The notes under the pieces: model-generated
The model's input: only the letters and a program-made list of their open reading frames with translations
Told to the model about the DNA's origin: nothing
Database searches by the model: none
Origin: Thermodesulfobacteriota bacterium
GTDB lineage: Bacteria > Desulfobacterota > WTBG01 > JAGOGO01
Direction of reading: 5' to 3'
Length of the DNA stretch: 32,000 nt
NCBI GenBank assembly: GCA_026625185.1
Contig: CP113000.1
Coordinates: 1,365,622 to 1,397,621 of the forward strand
Part shown: one piece after another, positions 26,935 through 32,000 of the stretch
Numbering within the stretch: the first letter of the stretch is position 1
Layout of the letters: each line of letters begins with the position of its first letter
Program-made: the position numbers and the translations under genes

Positions 26935-27100
26935 GTCAGAAAAAATAACAAATAGAGAAGGTTTGAGTTCTTCTTGTTTGCTTTTTTAACATAACGCACA
27001 CAATCCACTTCATAATCTCTTTCTGCAGGGGGGTGCTCCTGTGGTGGTTTAGTTGAATATCTTAGGCTTCAATCTCTCACCCCCCTTTTTTATTTTTTTT
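26935..27100 (+). ncRNA. Candidate ~165-nt sigma-54-dependent sRNA
   Basis: It runs from the predicted start about 12 nt after the -12 box to the strong terminator at 27028-27100. The span contains no ATG and has a CU-rich stretch (AAUCUCUUUCUGC). Confidence 0.35.
27028..27100 (+). terminator. Rho-independent terminator (long hairpin closed by a G6/C6 stem, then T6-A-T8)
   Basis: GGGGGGTG (27028-27035) pairs with CACCCCCC (27078-27085). There is an inner GTTGAA/TTCAAT stem, followed by TTTTTTATTTTTTTT. Confidence 0.7.
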
Positions 27101-27123
27101 ACACTTTTAACAGTTTTTTAAAG

Positions 27124-27165
27124 AAAAACCCTCCGTGCCTTTACTGTCGGAAGGTTTTTCTATTT
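27124..27165 (+). terminator. Second, weaker hairpin plus T-tract
   Basis: AAAAACCCTCCG (27124-27135) pairs with CGGAAGGTTTTT (27148-27159) with one mismatch, followed by T-rich sequence. Confidence 0.4.
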
Positions 27166-27495
27166 CTTGCCTTTTTTAAAAAATCACCACTTTTTAATTT
27201 TTTCCCTTTCAACTTGGGGACGTTTTTGGATAAACTGGTCTTGGTTTTATTAAAACTCGGCCTTAAAGCGCAGAGCAATAACTTCGTTTATCAAAGAGCA
27301 GTAATCGGGTTGATTTTATGCACAACAAACCCGGAAGACCCATAAATTCTGTGCAATGCCCGTTGGTACCGAGAATGGCGATTATGCTTTTATATATTTA
27401 TTTGCCGGAGTAATAGTACGTTGAGGACGTATGACGAATAGACAATAAAGATATGCAAAGGAAGGCGACATGGTATCCGGAGGAAGGAAGATTGA

Positions 27496-28629
27496 TTGAA
27501 CTCGGTTGCTTTGGTGCGTTGTGAAACTTATGAATTAGGTGCGCTTGAAACCGCCCTACGCAAGACCATCGACCTTATTGGTGGAATAAATCGTTTTGTT
27601 ACCCCAGGGGCACGCGTTTTACTCAAGCCAAACCTGCTTTGCGCCCGGTCGCCGGGGAAATGTGTCACCACCCACCCGGCGGTTGTCCATGTGGTTGCAA
27701 AAATGGTTTTGGATGCAGGCGGAAAACCGTTTATTGGAGACAGTCCGGCAATCGAGCCTTTTAAGTGGGTAGCGGCTAAATCCGGCATGGATAAAGTTGC
27801 TCGCGACTTGGGAATAGAATTGATCGAACTCACCAGCCCTATCTTTGTTTTTTCAACACCAGGAGCCACGTTTAGAAAGTTAGCGATCGCTTCTGAAGCT
27901 CTTAAAGCGGATGTGGTGATCAACCTACCTAAACTTAAAACGCACTGCCAGATGATGTTTACCCTTGGAGTGAAAAATCTTTTTGGCACTGTTGTTGCTC
28001 AACGGAAAGCAGAATGGCATTGCATGGCCGGAGTAGATCGGGACACCTTTGCGTCCCTCCTGCTGGATATCTATTTAACCGTGAAACCGGCAGTGACAAT
28101 CCTGGACGGTATTTGGGGGATGGAAGGGCATGGACCTTCCAATGGCAGGCCAAAAAAAATTAATTTGGTCGCTGCTGCAACGGATGCAGTGGCACTCGAT
28201 ATCAGCATTTGTAATTTGTTAGGCGGTCCGCTCCGTTTGTTTCCGATTTTTCGGAAAGCACGGTCGCGAAAAATTGGTGAGACCGACATTCGCCGGATCA
28301 TTTTTAAAGGAGATGTTCCTCAGTCTTTCGCTATTGATGTCTTTCAGATCCCGGCTTTGGATTCTTTGGCTGTTCTGCCGGGAGCTTTTCATTGGTTTGC
28401 TAAAAACTATTTAGTCTCAAAACCTTTTCATGAAGAAAAATTTTGCGCGGACTGCGGAGAGTGCGAAAAGATTTGTCCGGCAGGAGCAATAACAATAAAA
28501 AATAAAAAAAGCACGTTTGATTATAACAAATGTATTCGCTGTTACTGTTGTCAGGAAATTTGTCCGCACGATGCTATCCGTTTTAAAAAAGGACTGCTGG
28601 TGCGGTTACTCAGTCGATTTAATCGGTAA
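27496..28629 (+). CDS. DUF362-family protein with a C-terminal 2x[4Fe-4S] ferredoxin domain
   Basis: 377 aa with a TTG start and GGAGGAAGGAAG upstream; the in-frame TGA at 27493-27495 forbids a longer ORF. VALVRCETYE is a DUF362-type N-terminus. C-terminal CADCGECEKICP and CIRCYCCQEICP motifs. Confidence 0.85.
   Translation: MNSVALVRCETYELGALETALRKTIDLIGGINRFVTPGARVLLKPNLLCARSPGKCVTTHPAVVHVVAKMVLDAGGKPFIGDSPAIEPFKWVAAKSGMDKVARDLGIELIELTSPIFVFSTPGATFRKLAIASEALKADVVINLPKLKTHCQMMFTLGVKNLFGTVVAQRKAEWHCMAGVDRDTFASLLLDIYLTVKPAVTILDGIWGMEGHGPSNGRPKKINLVAAATDAVALDISICNLLGGPLRLFPIFRKARSRKIGETDIRRIIFKGDVPQSFAIDVFQIPALDSLAVLPGAFHWFAKNYLVSKPFHEEKFCADCGECEKICPAGAITIKNKKSTFDYNKCIRCYCCQEICPHDAIRFKKGLLVRLLSRFNR
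27984..27999 (+). promoter_or_regulatory. Intragenic exact match to the sigma-54 core consensus
   Basis: TGGCAC-TGTTG-TTGC-T has all 10 fixed positions and the N5 spacing. It lies inside the DUF362 CDS in the same orientation and encodes ..FGTVVAQ.. Confidence 0.4.
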
Positions 28630-28709
28630 GAAAAAACGTAATGTTTCTTTGGCAACCATTTTCAAAACTACCGGGTTAGATTTTATATAAGAACGAGGAG
28701 GATGAAATA

Positions 28710-29534
28710 ATGAATGGTTTTAGGATAGATGCGAACAAGTGCCAACGCGATGGTATTTGTGCCGTTGATTGCCCGGCGGGAGTAATAAAGAAGCAATCAG
28801 CTGACGATTATCCTGAACCGACAGCTGACTTTGAAAAATTTTGTTTAGCCTGCGGACATTGCGTGGTGATTTGTCCACACCAAGCATTAAGTCTTGACTG
28901 GCTGAGTCCTGAAACGTGTCCATCAATTAAAACAGGCTTTAATCTCACAACGGAACACGTCGAGCAGTTCCTCCGCTCCCGGCGCTCTATCCGCAATTTC
29001 AAAAAGGAAGTGGTAGGCCGAGACTTATTGAATAAACTCATTGAGATTGGAACCTATGCTCCTTCCGCAAAAAATGAGCAACCGTGGCACTGGCTGGTTA
29101 TCCAAAATTCAACGGAGGTTAAACGCTTGGCAGGATTGGCGGTTGATTGGATGCGGTTGGTCATAAAGGAGAAACCGGAGATTGCCCGGCAAAAAGCATA
29201 TCACCGCGTTGTTGCTTCCTGGAAGAAAGGGAAAGACGCTATTTGCCGGGAAGCCCCTCATTTAATTGTGGTTCATGCCGATAAAAACTGGCCTTTTGGT
29301 GCGGAAGACTGTGCAAGCGCCTTAACCTATATAGAGTTATTTGCTTTGGTGATGGGCCTGGGAACCTGTTGGGCGGGTTATTTTTATTCGGCAGCTAACT
29401 CCTACGCGCCTTTGTTTGAGGCTTTGGGAGTACCTTCTGGACACCGTATTTTGGGAGCACTGATGGTCGGATATCCCACATTCACATACCATCGTCTCCC
29501 GTTGCGCAAACCACCTCGAATAATGTGGAAATAA
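28710..29534 (+). CDS. Ferredoxin-domain / nitroreductase-family fusion protein
   Basis: 274 aa with a strong SD (GAGGAGGA). The N-terminus has CQRDGICAVDCP (CxxDxxCxxxCP) and CLACGHCVVICP. It continues with RRSIRNFKKE and nitroreductase-fold blocks. Confidence 0.9.
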   Translation: MNGFRIDANKCQRDGICAVDCPAGVIKKQSADDYPEPTADFEKFCLACGHCVVICPHQALSLDWLSPETCPSIKTGFNLTTEHVEQFLRSRRSIRNFKKEVVGRDLLNKLIEIGTYAPSAKNEQPWHWLVIQNSTEVKRLAGLAVDWMRLVIKEKPEIARQKAYHRVVASWKKGKDAICREAPHLIVVHADKNWPFGAEDCASALTYIELFALVMGLGTCWAGYFYSAANSYAPLFEALGVPSGHRILGALMVGYPTFTYHRLPLRKPPRIMWK

Positions 29535-29548
29535 AAAGAAAATAAAAA

Positions 29549-29752
29549 ATGAAATTAAAAAGCACTGATACCCTAGAGTTCATAAATCGCGGCTTGAAAG
29601 TAAACGGGAAATCATTTCTCGTTGAATACCCCGATGAGCCAATACTGGGTATTAAAGAGGGGAAACTGGTTACCATTGTTTTTCGGGGTTGTGGCTGTTC
29701 ACTGACGCATTGGGAACCTGAAGACATCGAAGGATATTTTTCTGATAAATAA
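29549..29752 (+). CDS. Small hypothetical protein (67 aa)
   Basis: It starts 15 nt after the nitroreductase stop on the same strand, with no clear SD. It contains the motif FRGCGCS. I recognise no family. Confidence 0.4.
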   Translation: MKLKSTDTLEFINRGLKVNGKSFLVEYPDEPILGIKEGKLVTIVFRGCGCSLTHWEPEDIEGYFSDK

Positions 29753-30002
29753 ATAGGAACTCGTCGGCTAGTTTGGAAAACAAACTTGGAAATTAATAAA
29801 TTTTTTTCTGGAGATTGGTTTTTACACCGGTCACCTTAACTTGCGCAACTCAAGTTAGGCTTGGTCACACGATCATGGATGCCTTGTTTGAAAAAGAGGA
29901 TTTTTTGTCTAATCGTGCCGATGCCACAAAGAATAACTTTATAATGAAAACTATGAAAGCACGATATGGCCGCCCTTTTTCGAGGAGGTTTTGCATATGC
30001 AG

Positions 30003-30443
30003 TTACTCACTTTCAGTTGACCGCACCAGGCGATCTAAAATTAGGCCATGAAAACTTTCGTTACCGGAATAAAACCACCCCAGATGGATTAAACAACGGC
30101 TGCAAACTGCCACCTTCCATTGAAACCCCTTAAACCAAGTAAATTCTTCGGTAGCAGGGCCTGGGTACCAGCAGCCTTTAGCTTTCCGAAAACAACCGAT
30201 TTCAAAAAGGATGCCTTGGGGGTTTGCAAACGTGTGCTGGTGAAATCCGGAAACCTCGATCATTTCGGAAGTGCTGGTGATAATCTGTTGACACTGCCGA
30301 CACAGGAGATAGTTTTCTCTGCCTGGTTCTTCCAGGGCTACCTTAACGGAAACTAAATTTTTTAGTTTTTCGAGGGGTTCTTTTTCCGCAGGCAATCGAA
30401 AAAGATGGGGTGAATTAATGCATTCCATAATGGCTTTGGTCAA
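30003..30443 (-). CDS. Bacterial CULT-domain protein (cereblon thalidomide-binding-domain homolog)
   Basis: 146 aa with a CRQC ... CSRC zinc-site pair and [24 protein letters not shown]. The W/W/C/C/W/Y spacing is identical to human cereblon [40 protein letters not shown] also fits the family. The start is uncertain (TTG 30443 or ATG 30428). Confidence 0.85.
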   Translation of the reverse strand: [146 protein letters not shown]

Positions 30444-30610
30444 TTATAAAACCACATTTTTTTTTTAATTTTAGCATTCTAAAGTTCAAGATACTATTTT
30501 GTTATTTCTTGTTTAAATGAACAAAACAGCTTGACGCAGGTTTGAAGAAAGGGTGAAAATTTTTAGTTATAAAAATACTCGCGCACTAATTAACCACGAA
30601 GGAATTTTTC

Positions 30611-31276
30611 ATGCAAATATCGGATAATCTCCATGCGTTTTTGTGGAATTCTTCAGCCATCAATAATTGTAACACATATTTGATTGATGGGGCTACCCGC
30701 GTGCTTATTGATCCCGGGCATCTTAATCTTTTTGAGCATGTACAAAAAGGTCTCACGATCTTAGGCATGGAAATTCCAGACATTGGTTTAGTAATAAACA
30801 CCCATGCGCACCCCGACCACATTGAGGCAGTTCAATTATTTAATAAGAAGGAGGGACTAACCGCCATTTCTGAGGAGGAGTGGAGGTTTGTCAAAGAAAT
30901 GAGAGATTTTATTGATTCGGTCTTTGGAATTAACATCGATGCAATTGCTCCCAAGTTTTTTCTCCAAGAAGGAGACTTGGTGGTAAATGGTCTTGAACTC
31001 AAAGTGTTTCACACACCCGGTCATTCACCCGGTTCCTTATCGGTTTACTCGCCTAAACAAAAAGTACTTTTTACGGGTGATTTAATTTTTAAAAATGGCA
31101 TCGGTAGAACCGATCTCCCTGGCGGGAATAGCACCCTCCTTAAAAAAAGTGTGGAAAGGTTACGAGAACTGGAAATAGAAATACTCCTTCCTGGGCATGG
31201 GGAGATTATCTCAGGAGCGAAGGAAATCAGGGCTAATTTTGATACGATCGAACGATTTTGGTTTCCCTTTCTCTAA
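30611..31276 (+). CDS. MBL-fold metallo-hydrolase (glyoxalase II-like)
   Basis: 221 aa with THAHPDH (HxHxDH), HTPGHSPG, TGD and PGHG blocks. Confidence 0.9.
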   Translation: MQISDNLHAFLWNSSAINNCNTYLIDGATRVLIDPGHLNLFEHVQKGLTILGMEIPDIGLVINTHAHPDHIEAVQLFNKKEGLTAISEEEWRFVKEMRDFIDSVFGINIDAIAPKFFLQEGDLVVNGLELKVFHTPGHSPGSLSVYSPKQKVLFTGDLIFKNGIGRTDLPGGNSTLLKKSVERLRELEIEILLPGHGEIISGAKEIRANFDTIERFWFPFL

Positions 31277-31830
31277 TCCTGGGCAGTGAAGGAATTTTTT
31301 ATTAATCTTTCTTTCTCCTCGCTCAGCTGCATATAATACCTATCCTTAATCTCTTTCACGGCAGCTTGCCAGGCGTTATCACCTTCAACATTGGGTAACA
31401 CAGCAGAACCAGAAAGAAAGTGTTTTTTCTCTAAAACTTCTTTTAGCCGAGCAATAGTTTCTTGAGTTAGGTTTTGAAGACTTTCGTGGTAGTTTTTTAA
31501 GAGAAATTTAACCCGGCCCAGTTCTAACCCCCAAAAGCCTTCTAAAAAATCACCGAGTAAGTTAAAATTCTCGTCCAGATTAATACGTTTTATAGATTCA
31601 GAAAGGGCTAGACGCTGTGCTGTTTCACCGTAATTTTTTTTTAGAGCGTTAAAATTCTCCTCCACCTGGTCTTTTCTTAATTCTCGGTTCTGAAATTTTT
31701 TAAGCAGGCCCTCTACCTTGAGCTTGATTTCTCTATTTTTTTGTTCTTCCCGGTCCTTTTGGCTCAGTGTAATACCCCTGGTTTTTTCCATCACCAGATC
31801 CAAAGTGCTTTTAATTTCTGCCACGGCCAC
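31273..31830 (-). CDS. Hypothetical protein, predicted helical / coiled-coil
   Basis: 185 aa with a GTG start and charged heptad-like sequence. I recognise no family. Its stop codon overlaps the stop of the convergent MBL gene. Confidence 0.55.
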   Translation of the reverse strand: MAVAEIKSTLDLVMEKTRGITLSQKDREEQKNREIKLKVEGLLKKFQNRELRKDQVEENFNALKKNYGETAQRLALSESIKRINLDENFNLLGDFLEGFWGLELGRVKFLLKNYHESLQNLTQETIARLKEVLEKKHFLSGSAVLPNVEGDNAWQAAVKEIKDRYYMQLSEEKERLIKNSFTAQD

Positions 31831-32000
31831 TATCCTTACTAATGATTAGAGAGGTGATCATGAGCTTCCCTCATCCAAGGTTCGTGTGACATTAAAAAAA
31901 TATAATCCGTTAAATGAAAAATTTCGAACCTCAAAGAAGGAGTGATGACCCGAAAAGAATTAATCCGGCTTTTATCATAAAGGTAGCATTTAGGGTCCTC

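Noticed and set aside
26230-27495. Replication origin (AT-rich, TTTGGATAA near 27232), or a known structured RNA (tmRNA, RNase P, SRP, 6S) in the gene desert.
   Set aside because: There is only one 8/9 DnaA-box-like match and no dnaA or dnaN context. There is no GGUUCGAAUCC-type T-arm, no GAGGAAAGUCC RNase P motif, and the CCGGAGGAAGGAAG at 27479-27492 is simply the DUF362 ribosome-binding site. 6S RNA cannot be excluded by eye.
27881-27890. The perfect 10-bp palindrome AGCGATCGCT (it contains the cyanobacterial HIP1 core GCGATCGC), considered as an enhancer site for the intragenic sigma-54 motif.
   Set aside because: It is a single occurrence inside coding sequence, I noticed no other HIP1-like copies, and chance cannot be excluded.
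29815-30051. A 78-aa plus-strand ORF in the spacer after the small GCGC protein, together with the hairpin CCTTAACTTG...CAAGTTAGG (29836-29862).
   Set aside because: The ORF has no SD, overlaps the CULT gene 3' end, and its sequence is not protein-like. The hairpin lacks a U-tract, so I make no confident call.
31273-31276. Overlapping stop codons of the convergent genes (TAA of the MBL hydrolase and TAG of the minus-strand hypothetical).
   Set aside because: This is real, but it is a common consequence of compact genomes and there is no evidence of regulatory significance.

Overview
This is a 32-kb chromosomal window, roughly 40% GC by eye, from a diderm bacterium (lptD is present). Three sigma-54-type promoter matches and the co-directional block argB-argD-argG-lipoprotein-lysA-truB-rpsO-pnp-M16 peptidase-dut suggest an uncultured delta-proteobacterial or Nitrospirota-like lineage. 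I cannot assign the taxon from sequence alone. Most of the window is ordinary housekeeping: an ihfB-like gene, folC, lptD, arginine and lysine biosynthesis, the rpsO-pnp operon and dut. It also carries Fe-S redox genes (two DUF362-ferredoxin paralogs and a ferredoxin-nitroreductase fusion), a GAF/HD-GYP protein, a UbiA-family prenyltransferase, an amidohydrolase and an MBL-fold hydrolase. I saw no rRNA, tRNA, CRISPR array, transposase, integrase or reverse transcriptase. Six regions are not routine. (1) A 1.27-kb gene-free region (26203-27495) contains what reads as a self-contained sigma-54 promoter, sRNA and terminator unit with an upstream inverted repeat. (2) A similar sigma-54, CU-rich sRNA and terminator unit lies between the ihfB-like gene and a corA-like gene (1003-1298). 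(3) A three-gene accessory insert (6.9-9.9 kb) holds two PD-(D/E)XK-like proteins and a cytosolic 7-bladed propeller, joined by shared REP-like modules. (4) Two inverted ~200-bp BIME-like hairpin clusters bracket dut-M16-pnp-rpsO. (5) A bacterial cereblon-like CULT-domain protein has an intact aromatic cage. (6) A decayed radical-SAM (MqnC/MqnE/CofH-like) remnant lies next to the prenyltransferase. I did not find a convincing new multi-gene protein system. The strongest candidates for something undescribed are the non-coding sigma-54 units and the repeat-stitched accessory insert. Every such claim rests on reading the sequence by eye and needs computation or transcript data.
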